Shown: piece by piece, positions 26,678 through 37,380 of the stretch
Position numbering within the stretch: position 1 is the first letter of the stretch
Layout: each line of letters begins with the position of its first letter
Notes under the pieces: generated by a model
Seen by the model: only the letters and a program-made list of their open reading frames with translations
The model's database searches: none
What the model was told of the DNA's origin: nothing
Assembly (NCBI GenBank): GCA_019694465.1
Contig: JAIBBV010000002.1
Location: forward strand, 1-64,000
Direction of reading: 5' to 3'
Origin: Oligoflexia bacterium
Lineage (GTDB): Bacteria > Bdellovibrionota_C > UBA2361 > JAFLCA01
Length of the DNA stretch: 64,000 bases
Position numbers and translations under genes: made by a program

Positions 26678-27712
26678 GTGAAGAACCTCATCCTTCGCCT
26701 CACATTAGCCCTACTTAGCCTAATATTTTCATTGGTGGCAGCTGATTTATTGACCGGAATCGTGATGCCCATATCGCCTGGGGCCAGATTGCTAAATCAA
26801 GCGGGACAGGAAGAGACTCTTTTTTCTGAGCCTGGTGTAATCCGGCCAAACTTGCAACTTAGGCAAGTCTCATCTGAGTTTGATGCCATGGTTAGCACTA
26901 CTCAATTAGGATACCGGGGGCCTGATGCAGGCTTAAAGCCTGAGACGGTTTTTATCGGAGACTCGTTCACTTTTGGTACCGGACTTTCAGATCAGCAAAC
27001 GATTAGTGCTATTTACTGTGATGGCCACCCAGGCAGCTGCGCTAACTTGGGGCTGCCTGGAAGTGGCACTGCTTTGCAAGTAGGTGCGCTGCGACGTTTC
27101 TTGGATCAGCATGGTTGGCGGCCACGAGAGGTCATTTTCTTGCCGATGATGATGACAGCGCGCTTGTTTGCTGGGAATGACCTTGAAGACAATGTTAATT
27201 ACGCGCGTGAACATTTGCATCCTAAGGCTAATGTCAGGGAAGTCGAACAGCAGGCTGGCCCTATCTGTTCATGGAATACAGTTCAGCACTGGCTTATTGC
27301 TCACTCTAACTTGATGCGATTAATAAAGTTTCGCTTTGGGCCACTCTTGCGGAGTAAGATGTCTCGTGATTTTGCAGGGGCCAGATTGGAAGAGGCCCTC
27401 AGCGAAACTGCTATTCAGCTTGAGAAGCTTCGCCATCTTGCTTGTCAGTACGGATTCAATCTGCGTGTTTTGTTACTACACCCTATGCAGGCTTTGATAA
27501 ATAAACAGGATGGACCGACACTAATGACTCTGCGTGAGCGCTTTGGGTGGCTGGAAATTGAAGATAGTGCCCAACTTTTTACGCCAGATCCGGCTAGCTT
27601 TTACTACTCCTTCGATGGGCACTTCAAGCCTGCTGCCAGTGCTGCAATCGCTGGGTATTTAAAGACGCAGACCCCTAAATACGCTAGCCTGTCCTGCCAG
27701 GGAGAACACTAA
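26678..27712 (+). CDS. SGNH/GDSL-type hydrolase (AlgX/AlgJ-like; putative polysaccharide O-acyl modifying)
   Basis: N-terminal TM. VFIGDSFTFGTG block-I motif of SGNH hydrolases. Confidence 0.6.
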   Translation: MKNLILRLTLALLSLIFSLVAADLLTGIVMPISPGARLLNQAGQEETLFSEPGVIRPNLQLRQVSSEFDAMVSTTQLGYRGPDAGLKPETVFIGDSFTFGTGLSDQQTISAIYCDGHPGSCANLGLPGSGTALQVGALRRFLDQHGWRPREVIFLPMMMTARLFAGNDLEDNVNYAREHLHPKANVREVEQQAGPICSWNTVQHWLIAHSNLMRLIKFRFGPLLRSKMSRDFAGARLEEALSETAIQLEKLRHLACQYGFNLRVLLLHPMQALINKQDGPTLMTLRERFGWLEIEDSAQLFTPDPASFYYSFDGHFKPAASAAIAGYLKTQTPKYASLSCQGEH

Positions 27713-29019
27713 TGGCGTTATTTCTAATCCGCCGGGATTTGGTAGTGCTAGCTGGCACAACTTTTACTTCCGCGGCGCTTAATCTCTTGCAGTCGGTTGT
27801 GGTAACACGTGCGTTGGGGGTAGAGAATTTTGGCGTAGTCGGACTTGTTGCTAGTGTCTGTGCTGTCGTTCTTTGCTTTGTGGATTTTCGCATCTATGAC
27901 GTTACAGCGAAGTTGTACCTTGCTGACTCCCAGGGTAGTCCTATGGAGCGAGTTAATGTCTTGCATATCGGAGCTATGATACAGTTTCTAGTTGCGACCT
28001 TAGCGTTGCTCCTATCTGTAGCTCTGAGCAACTTAGTTCTACCTTATGTTGCAAATACCCCTATTGATGAGGAGGCTTTAATCGCACTGAGCTTAGCAAC
28101 TGCTTGTAATTATTTTTGTGGCTACTTCACCACAGTGCAGAGGCTAAGTGGGCGCGTTATAGAGATGGCACTGTATCAACTTTTTGCGACTGCCTTGGGT
28201 GTGTCAGTTCTATGTACTGCGCTAGCCAAACAGCCGGGACTGGATAGTTACTGCGCTGCGATAGTGTTGTCTAGCGCAGCATCGGGGCTAGTAAATTTCC
28301 TTGCTTATCTGCGCTTATTCCGTATTTCAACAACCCGCTTCATTACTTTGAGAACGCTTGCAGAGAATTATAGACGCGTTTTCAGGGAGCATCGTGTTTT
28401 GCTGTATAGCAACTTGTTGGGGTACCTTAAGCTACTTAGTCGAGCTGGGGACACTCTGCTTGTCGGTGCTTTGTGTAACGACTATCACACTGGTCTGTAT
28501 AAGTTTGGTCGTTCGCTTACCGATAGCTTAAGCTTGATTTATGAAATTGCCGTTAAATTTTATCAACCACTTTTCCTTAAAGCTAGCGCTGAAGGGAATG
28601 CACAAAAATTCAAGAAGTTTTCTCGTGGACTACTACAGGCTGCTGTGTTTATTGGAATTGCAATTATTTTTGGGGAGGTCCTATTTCTAAAGGACTTTCT
28701 CAAGCTGTTCTTTGCTCCTGGATTTGGGGACAGCTATTCAATGGTGCTGGTGCTAAGTATTCCCGTTATTTTTTCCTTGGGGGTCAATCTGTGGTTGTGG
28801 CCACTGCTACTGAGTTGTGGAAAGATGCGCTTTTATACACTGGTTTCTTTCTCTGCGACATTGCTTTTCCAATATGCAATTCCCGCTCTTGTTCAAATCT
28901 TTTCAGAACGTGTAGACTCATTATTGTTTGCGTTTGGATATACTCTAAGTTTCGCTCTTACTTATATTCTGTGTCTGATGTGGGTGAAGCGACAAATGCC
29001 AGAGTATAGCCCACTATAG
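27712..29019 (+). CDS. wzx: Wzx-type polysaccharide flippase (MOP superfamily)
   Basis: About 12 TM helices. N-terminus LLQSVVVTRALGVENFGVVGLVASV typical of PF01943 polysaccharide biosynthesis proteins. Confidence 0.75.
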   Translation: MALFLIRRDLVVLAGTTFTSAALNLLQSVVVTRALGVENFGVVGLVASVCAVVLCFVDFRIYDVTAKLYLADSQGSPMERVNVLHIGAMIQFLVATLALLLSVALSNLVLPYVANTPIDEEALIALSLATACNYFCGYFTTVQRLSGRVIEMALYQLFATALGVSVLCTALAKQPGLDSYCAAIVLSSAASGLVNFLAYLRLFRISTTRFITLRTLAENYRRVFREHRVLLYSNLLGYLKLLSRAGDTLLVGALCNDYHTGLYKFGRSLTDSLSLIYEIAVKFYQPLFLKASAEGNAQKFKKFSRGLLQAAVFIGIAIIFGEVLFLKDFLKLFFAPGFGDSYSMVLVLSIPVIFSLGVNLWLWPLLLSCGKMRFYTLVSFSATLLFQYAIPALVQIFSERVDSLLFAFGYTLSFALTYILCLMWVKRQMPEYSPL

Positions 29020-29125
29020 AGCTGTGGGCACCGGCCCGCTTTATTTTTGGGTTGCCCCCTGCGGGCTGCTGCACCTACGGCAGTGATTTAGGTTCTGTTT
29101 TCTGGAAATTGCTAACGACATTTTG

Positions 29126-30979
29126 CTATAGTGGCTTCCTTCCAGAAATAAAGTAGCCGACTGCTGCGTTTGTGTAGGAAATGGCCCTCCTACTTATTCT
29201 CATCCTCTCCCCTGCTCCTTCAAAAAGTAAGGCTAGAATAGCTGTTGGCAATAATAGAAATGGACGCGCTAATCTCCCTAAAGTCCCAGTCGCCGCTAAA
29301 CTTAGCCCCGTGGATAGGCGATCCCAAACGAGCGGCTCAATTTGAATATTTGAGCGAGGAATGCCGTACTCTTCTAAGGTCTCAACCCACCAGAAATGAG
29401 TGCGCCTGTTATAGTCACAGGGCGATCCATGCACTTGGTATAAAAATGGTACCACTATGTGGAATGAGCCACCGGGCTTAAGCACGCGAATGCACTCCTT
29501 TAGTGCGAAGGCGTCGCGTTGGACGTGTTCAAAGGTATTGAGACTTATAAAATTATCGTAGGACGAATCTGCGAGAGCGATGGGTTTGTTGAGGTCTCCA
29601 AAATGGGTCGGAGCTACTTTCGGATCAATATTAATTGATTCAATTTGTCCTTCAATATTTAACAAATGATAATAGCTATTCTTTGTGCCTCCACCTACAT
29701 CTAAGGTGCGTCCCTTCAGCGTTAGCCCCCGAACTACATTGTACTGTAGCGCTCGCATAATCGAGTAAGGCGAGAAAGATATCTCAGCCCAGCGCCGCAA
29801 ACTCTGATTGCGTGGCATCAATACGCAATCAGGTGCGCGCCTCGCAGCAGCAGCGATCTGCTTGACCCAATTTTCTGACAGCTGATCTGGATTGAACTTT
29901 TCCTTTACCAGTGCTTCTCCTTGTAGTGCGAATTGCGAGCCAAGTGATTGGTTTGTCATAAGCTCATACACCTTTTGTGCAAACAGCTCCTCGTTGTCCG
30001 GGTCAACTAGGTAGCCAGTTTTGCCATCGTCAATAATATCCTCTATCCCTGGGAGCCTCGATGCAACTGCTGGAGTTCCACATCTATAGGCCTCAACTAA
30101 TGTGCGTCCAAAGCCTTCTGCGTCGGATGTCATAAGGTAAACGCTGGCTTCTTGGTAGATTGCAGGTAATTGGTTGTGGTGCACATACCCCAGAAAATTA
30201 GTCTTGTCTTTAATTCCCAATTCAAGCGCTAGTTTTTCAGCATTCGGGCGCTCAGGCCCATCTCCCACTACCCTTAGGCGCGCTTGCGGTAGCTTCTCCA
30301 GCACCTTTTTCGCTATACGCAAGAAGCGATCGATGCGCTTAATTGGCACAAGCCGTCCCACAAAAAGTAGCGTCGGGGTCGGGTTGATCTTAGGGCGGGG
30401 AAGGAATTCAGGCTCAAATACTGCGATTGGAATTGTTGTTACTCGCCAGTGCAGCTTACTTTCGAGAATTCTGCGCCTTGTTGCCTCGCCTACTGTACGT
30501 ATCGAAAAATAGAGCCGCATGCAAATACGACCTAAAGCGGTGCGCAGTTTAGCTAGTGGCGATGTTCCAAAGTCAACAAGTGCATTACGCAAACTAAATG
30601 GATCGAAGTGAATTTGCCCGACGCAGCGAATCCCCAGCACAGCGCATAGAATGGCCGTTAGGCTTCCCTCGTCAAAGACTGTTTGAGTTGTGACTACATC
30701 TATTGGTGTTCTTCGATGTAGTCGGAATATGCCCAAGAGTAGTTTAAGTGTCCTTACTAGACTTGACCCGCATACAGACTCAATCGTCAAATTGCTGTGC
30801 GCCAAGTAAGCGTGTTCGCTTATTCGAGTACAAACTAAAATATGCATGCGTGAGCCAGGCGCAAATTTCTCTAAAAGGCTTACATAACGCTCCTGACGTG
30901 CGAGTGCCTCGTTATGGGTGGTGCGCGCCAAAAGAGAAGCATCTCGACTGATTTGTACTACATGTAGTGCGTGCGTCAT
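29126..30979 (-). CDS. bifunctional glycosyltransferase family 1 / class I SAM-dependent methyltransferase fusion
   Basis: N-terminal 390 aa GT1 (SDAEGFGRTLVEAYRCGTPAVASRLPGIEDIIDDGKTGYLV). C-terminal about 200 aa methyltransferase (LDVGGGTKNSYY motif I; RVLKPGGSFHIV). Confidence 0.75.
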   Translation of the reverse strand: MTHALHVVQISRDASLLARTTHNEALARQERYVSLLEKFAPGSRMHILVCTRISEHAYLAHSNLTIESVCGSSLVRTLKLLLGIFRLHRRTPIDVVTTQTVFDEGSLTAILCAVLGIRCVGQIHFDPFSLRNALVDFGTSPLAKLRTALGRICMRLYFSIRTVGEATRRRILESKLHWRVTTIPIAVFEPEFLPRPKINPTPTLLFVGRLVPIKRIDRFLRIAKKVLEKLPQARLRVVGDGPERPNAEKLALELGIKDKTNFLGYVHHNQLPAIYQEASVYLMTSDAEGFGRTLVEAYRCGTPAVASRLPGIEDIIDDGKTGYLVDPDNEELFAQKVYELMTNQSLGSQFALQGEALVKEKFNPDQLSENWVKQIAAAARRAPDCVLMPRNQSLRRWAEISFSPYSIMRALQYNVVRGLTLKGRTLDVGGGTKNSYYHLLNIEGQIESINIDPKVAPTHFGDLNKPIALADSSYDNFISLNTFEHVQRDAFALKECIRVLKPGGSFHIVVPFLYQVHGSPCDYNRRTHFWWVETLEEYGIPRSNIQIEPLVWDRLSTGLSLAATGTLGRLARPFLLLPTAILALLFEGAGERMRISRRAISYTNAAVGYFISGRKPL

Positions 30980-32319
30980 GACACAACTCGCCTGAGCGGA
31001 GCGACGGGAGCGGGATCGCTACTTATGGAAGTATTTATGGAAGTATCTTGACGTGCGTGCATGAAATGCCGGTCTTCCATGATAAAGTAAGTGCGCTCCA
31101 CAAAACACATGCACACAAAAAAGTATAGACAGGTCAATGATGTCGGTTGAACAACAATCGCGGTGTGCAGCCCTAGAATGATTCCAATTACCCAAGCTGA
31201 AATTCCAAGGATTGGGAGCTGCAAAAGTCCGTTCGATAGTTTGGCGGCACGCAATGCGCACTGCAAAGCTCGAAACATAATTAACAAATAGATCGCCAGG
31301 CCAAATACGCCGCCATTTACTGCCGCTTCTATGTATGGGTTAGCAGAATTGGATAGAAATACAGGATCGAAAGCAGCAAATTCTAGATAGCCGCCGATGC
31401 GGTGCGCATGATCTGAAAATCCCGAATAGCCTACTCCGAACCAGGGATGATCAAAAAATACATCTATACCAATAGACATCGATGTTGAGCGAGTGGAGAA
31501 ACCGATTTCAAATCTCTCTGGATTTAACAAGCGCTCAAAGAGAAAGTCGCCCATAGGTGAAAATGCTATAACTACCCCCACCACTACAGCAGCAAGTCCG
31601 CCCATACGTAAGCGAAACTTGGTCCTTCTATTAATTGTGCCCCCATAGCGTATAGAGAAAAAGGCAAGAGCAATTATGCCAAATGCTACTACAGAAAGCA
31701 CTCCACGTGTGCCGGTTAGAAAAATTGCAGATGAATGAAGGGCGACCTCTGAGACTCGTCTACCTGAAAGTGCTAGTAGTAGTCCCAGGGCGCTAATATA
31801 CGAAACTTGATCGCCGAGGGGTCCGAAGAAGCGAATCTTGCCATCAGCAAAGGCCATGACTTCTCCGAATTCTATGCCAAATTGGTTTGCAAAAAAGCAG
31901 GTCAGCACACTGAACGAGGTAATGGCAGTGCCAAAGCGCAGACCACTCGAGAAAATTGCAATATCTTGTTCGTTACGCACGACCGTAGATAGCGCTAATA
32001 TTGGGAAGAGCCAAACTACTACCGCCCAAATTCCCTTCAAAAGGTTGAACTCGATTTGGTAATCAGGCAGCTGCCGTAGAACAACTGCCTGCACCAAATG
32101 ATATACGATGTACAGGATAGTCAGATTGACTATGACTGATCGACGCTGGGTAAAGATGGAACGTCTAAAGAGCTCACCAAGCAGCGCTCCAACAGTAGTT
32201 AATACTTGCATTCCATTAAGTAGATAATAGCTCCAGCGATCGTTCTGGTCAGAAAGAAAAAATATAGACAGTAATACCTGTACTAAAACAAACAGGTAAA
32301 ATAGGTACAATCGCTTCAT
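30976..32319 (-). CDS. O-antigen ligase/polymerase family (Wzy/WaaL-like) membrane protein
   Basis: About 10 TM helices with a large periplasmic loop. 4-nt overlap with the upstream GT gene. Sits in the polysaccharide locus. Confidence 0.65.
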   Translation of the reverse strand: MKRLYLFYLFVLVQVLLSIFFLSDQNDRWSYYLLNGMQVLTTVGALLGELFRRSIFTQRRSVIVNLTILYIVYHLVQAVVLRQLPDYQIEFNLLKGIWAVVVWLFPILALSTVVRNEQDIAIFSSGLRFGTAITSFSVLTCFFANQFGIEFGEVMAFADGKIRFFGPLGDQVSYISALGLLLALSGRRVSEVALHSSAIFLTGTRGVLSVVAFGIIALAFFSIRYGGTINRRTKFRLRMGGLAAVVVGVVIAFSPMGDFLFERLLNPERFEIGFSTRSTSMSIGIDVFFDHPWFGVGYSGFSDHAHRIGGYLEFAAFDPVFLSNSANPYIEAAVNGGVFGLAIYLLIMFRALQCALRAAKLSNGLLQLPILGISAWVIGIILGLHTAIVVQPTSLTCLYFFVCMCFVERTYFIMEDRHFMHARQDTSINTSISSDPAPVAPLRRVVS

Positions 32320-32406
32320 GCTGCTCTTATAATATCTTTGGGCTCATTTTAGTCTAGCAATAGCCCATGACGCTTAGAAGTGGCTTTTGCAGCTTAGGTT
32401 TTTGTT

Positions 32407-34050
32407 TTGCATGTTTTTGCTAGCGCAAGAGTGAATGCTCATGCGTATATTGGGCTGGAAGGTACTTGTTATGTTCCTCACAGGGATACAGGCATGCGAA
32501 CTGAACGTTTGTTAGTGGCATTTGGTGTACTGCTTAGCGCTCTGCATGCCACTTATCTATTATCTTTTCCCGCTCAGGAGTACCTAGCGCGTTTTGCAGT
32601 AGGCGATGCCATGGCCTACGCCAGGGTCGCCTTTAATATTGCTGCAGGACGCGGCTCGACCTTTGACCTAGACAGCATGACTAACGGATACCATCCACTT
32701 TGGATGTGGATGAACATCCCAGTTTTTTATGGCGCCCACTCTATATTGGATAGATTTCAACTGCTGCGAGCTTTATGGATTGCGTCGGGCATATTTGCGG
32801 CTATTGCATGGGCCAGAGTGATTTGGCTCATGACGCGTGATGTTTTGAGCGCTACGTTAATGCTCGTACTTGTAGCTGTTTCACCCTATAGCACTTTCGT
32901 TCTCTACAGCGGACTTGAAACCTCGCTAGTACTTTTCTTTAGCGCGCTTCTTGTGCACTTCATTATAGCGAGTTCCCCCGTCCCTAATCGACGAGCGCAT
33001 GTTTGTCTTGGCCTATTGCTGGCGTGCACATTTTTATCCCGTCTGGATAGTGTATTATTTTTGATGCCTTTTCTCCTTTTATCCCGCGATAGTCGTAAAT
33101 TCATATTCACGCCTCGCAGCCTATATTCCGCAGTTGGCTTTGCTTTACCAGTTTTGCCCTATCTAGTTTGGAATGTGAAAGAATTTGGCAGTATTCTGCC
33201 AGTTAGCGGACAGGTGAAAACTCTTGATGGGGTAGACTTCGGGCGTAGCCTCTCGATTCTGCAAAGTTGGGGCGCCGAATTCTCAAGACTTAGTGGCCAC
33301 GTGCTCGGCGCCTCTAGTATTCTCGGAGTTCTACTGACATTAATTATAGTTTTGTTTCTATTACTTTGGCGTAATCGAGCTAAGGGGGGGCAGGCTTTAA
33401 CAGTTATTTTGTTACTCGTACTTGGAGCGTTGGCTCATTACGCCTACTATTGCCTCTTCATGCGCGAACTAAATGTTCCTTGGCATGTCTATCCGCAGTT
33501 TGTAAGTGTCAGCGCGCTAGTTACTCTGGCGATTGAATCAACATTACGTGGCAAATCATCGCTCGCTCGCATAGCGGCCTTTCTGGTCTTCACTACCGCG
33601 CTAGCTGTTGGTTGGGGCGTATACGATTCACTAAAGTCGCGTCGTAGAGACGAATCTCGCGCTCTTATTGCGCTATCCTCATGGTTTCTCGAACATGCAC
33701 CAGTTGGTGCGCGCATTACCATGTATGATTCATTTCTTTTGGCTGCTTATTTACCAGACTACAATGTGTCGGACCTTAACGGCTTGGTCGGAAACCAGGA
33801 ACTTGCGCTTCTGGCCAAGCAAAAATCGGTTGATAAAATGGTTTTGGCTACAGCGGCCCAATATGTGATAGCGCGTGAGCCTGATGGATGCCCAATACAA
33901 GAGGATTCAAGGCAAGTTCTGTACCGCTCTCCGCTTATTGAAACCACAACTAAGTATCGCCTAGTGGTGCTGAGCCCAAATGTTTTTATTGCGGCCTGGC
34001 AGGCTGATCAGGATAATATGTGCCCAGACCGATTAGAGTCCGTAACATAA
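32407..34050 (+). CDS. GT-C-fold-like integral membrane glycosyltransferase candidate (start likely internal, M at about 32494)
   Basis: Multi-TM N-terminal 400 aa with an ArnT/PMT-like topology, followed by a C-terminal soluble domain. Assignment by architecture only. Confidence 0.45.
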   Translation: MHVFASARVNAHAYIGLEGTCYVPHRDTGMRTERLLVAFGVLLSALHATYLLSFPAQEYLARFAVGDAMAYARVAFNIAAGRGSTFDLDSMTNGYHPLWMWMNIPVFYGAHSILDRFQLLRALWIASGIFAAIAWARVIWLMTRDVLSATLMLVLVAVSPYSTFVLYSGLETSLVLFFSALLVHFIIASSPVPNRRAHVCLGLLLACTFLSRLDSVLFLMPFLLLSRDSRKFIFTPRSLYSAVGFALPVLPYLVWNVKEFGSILPVSGQVKTLDGVDFGRSLSILQSWGAEFSRLSGHVLGASSILGVLLTLIIVLFLLLWRNRAKGGQALTVILLLVLGALAHYAYYCLFMRELNVPWHVYPQFVSVSALVTLAIESTLRGKSSLARIAAFLVFTTALAVGWGVYDSLKSRRRDESRALIALSSWFLEHAPVGARITMYDSFLLAAYLPDYNVSDLNGLVGNQELALLAKQKSVDKMVLATAAQYVIAREPDGCPIQEDSRQVLYRSPLIETTTKYRLVVLSPNVFIAAWQADQDNMCPDRLESVT

Positions 34051-34069
34051 ATGCCGTAGGCATACTTAA

Positions 34070-35347
34070 TTGGCTCGCGTTGCGACGGAGGCGAATCCAT
34101 CCGCTTCATTTTGCAATGAAATCTTATTTGACTATGATAGGCACATGCCTTCTGAAGCTGTCTCAAAGATTAGAATAGCTTTTGTAATTACTAGTCTAAC
34201 CACTGGTGGTGCCGAACGCTCCTTGGTGGAACTACTTAGCCGCTTAGATAGAACTAGATTTGAGTTCACAGTAATCTGCTTGCAGCATGAGGGAGACTAT
34301 GGCCGGGAGTTGCAGTCTCGTGGAATTCCCTTAAATTGCTTGCGGATGGGAGGACTAGGGAGCTTTTTTCGCGGGTTGAGCGATTTACGAAAGGCACTGC
34401 GAAAATTTGCGCCAGACATTGTGCAGTGCTGGATGTATCACGCAAACTTCTTTGGAACACTTGCGTCGTTTGGCCTCGATGCGAGTAGTTTGGTGTGGAA
34501 CGTACGTAATAGCTTGATTGCTCCTGGCACTACACCTTCATTAACTCGAATCGTGGTTTGGATCTCCGGAGTGCTATCTAGGCTAGTGCCCATGCGCATC
34601 ATTTATAATTCGTATCGCGCTGAGCATATCCATACTAACCGACCCTTGGTTGCTTTTTCCAAACGCAAGGGCCAGGTAATTAGCAACGGTTTTGACACGG
34701 ATCAATTCAAAGCAAGCCTTGACGCGCGTCTGACCGTACGAGCGGAGTTGGGGCTGAATCAAACGCAACCACTAGTGGGGATTTTTGGGCGAAGCCATCC
34801 CGTAAAAGACCATCCTGCTTTTTTGAAGGCTGCAGCTTTAATCTCGAGATTGCTTCCTGCTGCACGATTTTTAATGTGCGGAGCTGGGCTAGATAAGTCT
34901 AATACGGAATTGAACGCCTTAATAAAGAAGCTTGGCTTGGAGGGAAAGGTCGTAATGCTTGGGCGCCGCGACGACATGCCGCGGTTGATGGCGAGTCTTG
35001 ATGTGATGGTTCTAACTTCACAGGCAGAGTCCTTTCCCAGAGTAATAGGAGAGGCACTCTCTTGCGGTATCCCGTGTGTGGCGACAGATGTAGGGGATTG
35101 TCGCGAACTAATTCGAGAGTGTGGGGCGGTTGTTGGTGTCGGTGATGTTGAGGCGATTGCCTATTCAGTTGTACGAATTCTTCAGCTTAGCGACGAGGAG
35201 CGAAACAAGATGTCGCGCTCGGCCCGAGCGCGCATAGAACAGAGCTACGCTATGCAAGCTTGTACGCAGGAGTATGTCAGATTGTATGAGAGTTTGGTTG
35301 TAGGCTCTGTAGACGAATTAAAAGATCGGAAAGTATGTGTGGGATAA
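34070..35347 (+). CDS. glycosyltransferase family 1 (start likely M at about 34146)
   Basis: IAFVITSLTTGGAERS N-terminal motif. TSQAESFPRVIGEALSCGIPCVATDVGDCRELI. Confidence 0.8.
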   Translation: MARVATEANPSASFCNEILFDYDRHMPSEAVSKIRIAFVITSLTTGGAERSLVELLSRLDRTRFEFTVICLQHEGDYGRELQSRGIPLNCLRMGGLGSFFRGLSDLRKALRKFAPDIVQCWMYHANFFGTLASFGLDASSLVWNVRNSLIAPGTTPSLTRIVVWISGVLSRLVPMRIIYNSYRAEHIHTNRPLVAFSKRKGQVISNGFDTDQFKASLDARLTVRAELGLNQTQPLVGIFGRSHPVKDHPAFLKAAALISRLLPAARFLMCGAGLDKSNTELNALIKKLGLEGKVVMLGRRDDMPRLMASLDVMVLTSQAESFPRVIGEALSCGIPCVATDVGDCRELIRECGAVVGVGDVEAIAYSVVRILQLSDEERNKMSRSARARIEQSYAMQACTQEYVRLYESLVVGSVDELKDRKVCVG

Positions 35348-37380
35348 CAGGATTATTTAGCACCACCATTGGCCCACAGCGACTTTCAGAGCTTGGCCAG
35401 AACATGACTAAGGCACTACGTCATCGTGGTCCAGACGATCATGGAGAGTGGCTTTCGCAAAGTGTCCCCTTATTCTTCGGGCATCGCCGACTTTCAATCG
35501 TTGACCTTTCTCCACTTGGGCATCAGCCCATGAGCTCCGCCTCCGGGCGTTACATGCTCACTTTTAACGGAGAAATTTTCAATTATCAAAGTCTGCGCAA
35601 GGAACTTGAAGCGTCCGGCGCCAGTTTTCGTGGTACTAGCGATACTGAGGTAATGCTGGCAGCCTTTGAGCAATGGGGTCCGAGGGTAGCGCTTGAAAAT
35701 TTTGTTGGACAGTTTGCTTTTGGCCTTTGGGATCAGAGTGAGCGTGTGCTGCACATTGCTCGTGACAGGTTTGGCGAGAAGCCTCTCTACTACTCCTGGC
35801 AAAACGGATACTTTTGTTTCGCATCAGAGCTTAAGGCATTAGAGATCCTACCCCGGTTTCAAGATGTCATCGATCGCTCAGCGCTCTTGGCTTTAGCTAA
35901 GCTCGGGTACGTACCAAGTCCTGGCAGTATTTTTGAAAATGTATATAAGTTGCCACAAGCCAGCATTCTAAGCCTCTCTGTGGCGGAGTTGTCGTGCCGA
36001 CCACAGGAGTTTTCCCCATATGCAGTGAAAGCAGAAGTGCGGGCAACGCCGCGTCTGTACTGGGATCTTGTTGATATAGCAAACAGCGCAGAAAAATATT
36101 CTCAACGATCTGAACAGGAGTGGATCGATCACATCGAAGCGGGAATTAGAGAAGCGGTCCGACTACAAATGGTAGCGGATGTGCCTGTTGGTGCATTTCT
36201 ATCGGGAGGGGTCGATTCAAGCACCATTGTTGCCATGATGCAGCAGCAAAGCGCCCAGCCAGTTCGAACATTCTCGATTGGGTTTTCTGAGAAAATATAT
36301 AATGAAGCACCATTCGCAGCTAAGATTGCGCGTCATTTTGGAACGACACACACTGAGATGACAGTGACTCCAAATGATTGTCTCGACGTAATTCCTCTTC
36401 TGCCCGCAATTTACGATGAGCCCTTTGCAGATAGTTCACAAATTCCAACCTTTCTCGTTTCTAAGTTAGCATGTAGCCAGGTCACCGTAAGTCTTTCAGG
36501 GGATGCTGGTGATGAACTGTTTGGTGGCTATTTGCGCTATGGTTGGAGTTACGATTTGCATCGTCTGGCGTTGCTTCTGCCAAGGTTTCTTACAAAAGGA
36601 TTACACAGTTTTTCGAGGACGCTCCCCAACCATGTTTGGAGTGTACTAGGGGCGATGATTCGGATTGGGGGTCTTGGCTCTTCTGTTAAAGATCCTGGCA
36701 CAAAGGCACGGCGTGTGGCTGAGCTAGTGGAGTGTAGAGATTTCACAGACCTTTATCGCAAGCTTGTTTCGCTGTGGAGTGAGCGAGTAGCGTTAGTAGA
36801 TAATGCCTTTCTTTTTCCAACTCCTTTGAGTGAGGCGCGACTTCGGACCTCATTTAAGGATAACCGGCAGTTGGCTATGCTTATTGATCAGCTTTTGTAT
36901 TTGCCCGATGACATCCTGATTAAAGTTGATCGAGCTGCAATGGCTGTTAGTTTAGAATGTAGAGTGCCATTTCTAGATCACAGATTAGTGCAGTCTGCTT
37001 GGGAGATGCCACTTAACTTAAAGTTCAAAAATGGCCAAACTAAGTGGATCTTGCGGCAAATTCTGTCTAAGTATTGCCCTAGAAAGCTTTTTGAACGACC
37101 CAAAATGGGATTTGCTGTGCCTCTCGATGCATGGTTGCGTGGCCCATTGCGTGATTGGGCTGAGGATCTGCTGTCGGTGCATAGGTTGAAGCAGCAGGGA
37201 TACTTTAATCCGGACACAGTTCGCAAAGAATGGATGTTGCACCTGTCTGGCAAAGCCGATCGCCAATATGCCCTGTGGCCTGTGTTAATGTTTGAAGCTT
37301 GGCTTGCAAATCGTGACTATCGAAAGTCAGTTAGTGAGACTGCTGCGACAATGAGTGTTGTGACGCCAAATCCGGTATAA
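35335..37380 (+). CDS. asnB: asparagine synthetase (glutamine-hydrolysing), AsnB/WbpS-like
   Basis: MCGITG N-terminal nucleophile, SGGVDSS PP-loop. 681 aa. Confidence 0.9.
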   Translation: MCGITGLFSTTIGPQRLSELGQNMTKALRHRGPDDHGEWLSQSVPLFFGHRRLSIVDLSPLGHQPMSSASGRYMLTFNGEIFNYQSLRKELEASGASFRGTSDTEVMLAAFEQWGPRVALENFVGQFAFGLWDQSERVLHIARDRFGEKPLYYSWQNGYFCFASELKALEILPRFQDVIDRSALLALAKLGYVPSPGSIFENVYKLPQASILSLSVAELSCRPQEFSPYAVKAEVRATPRLYWDLVDIANSAEKYSQRSEQEWIDHIEAGIREAVRLQMVADVPVGAFLSGGVDSSTIVAMMQQQSAQPVRTFSIGFSEKIYNEAPFAAKIARHFGTTHTEMTVTPNDCLDVIPLLPAIYDEPFADSSQIPTFLVSKLACSQVTVSLSGDAGDELFGGYLRYGWSYDLHRLALLLPRFLTKGLHSFSRTLPNHVWSVLGAMIRIGGLGSSVKDPGTKARRVAELVECRDFTDLYRKLVSLWSERVALVDNAFLFPTPLSEARLRTSFKDNRQLAMLIDQLLYLPDDILIKVDRAAMAVSLECRVPFLDHRLVQSAWEMPLNLKFKNGQTKWILRQILSKYCPRKLFERPKMGFAVPLDAWLRGPLRDWAEDLLSVHRLKQQGYFNPDTVRKEWMLHLSGKADRQYALWPVLMFEAWLANRDYRKSVSETAATMSVVTPNPV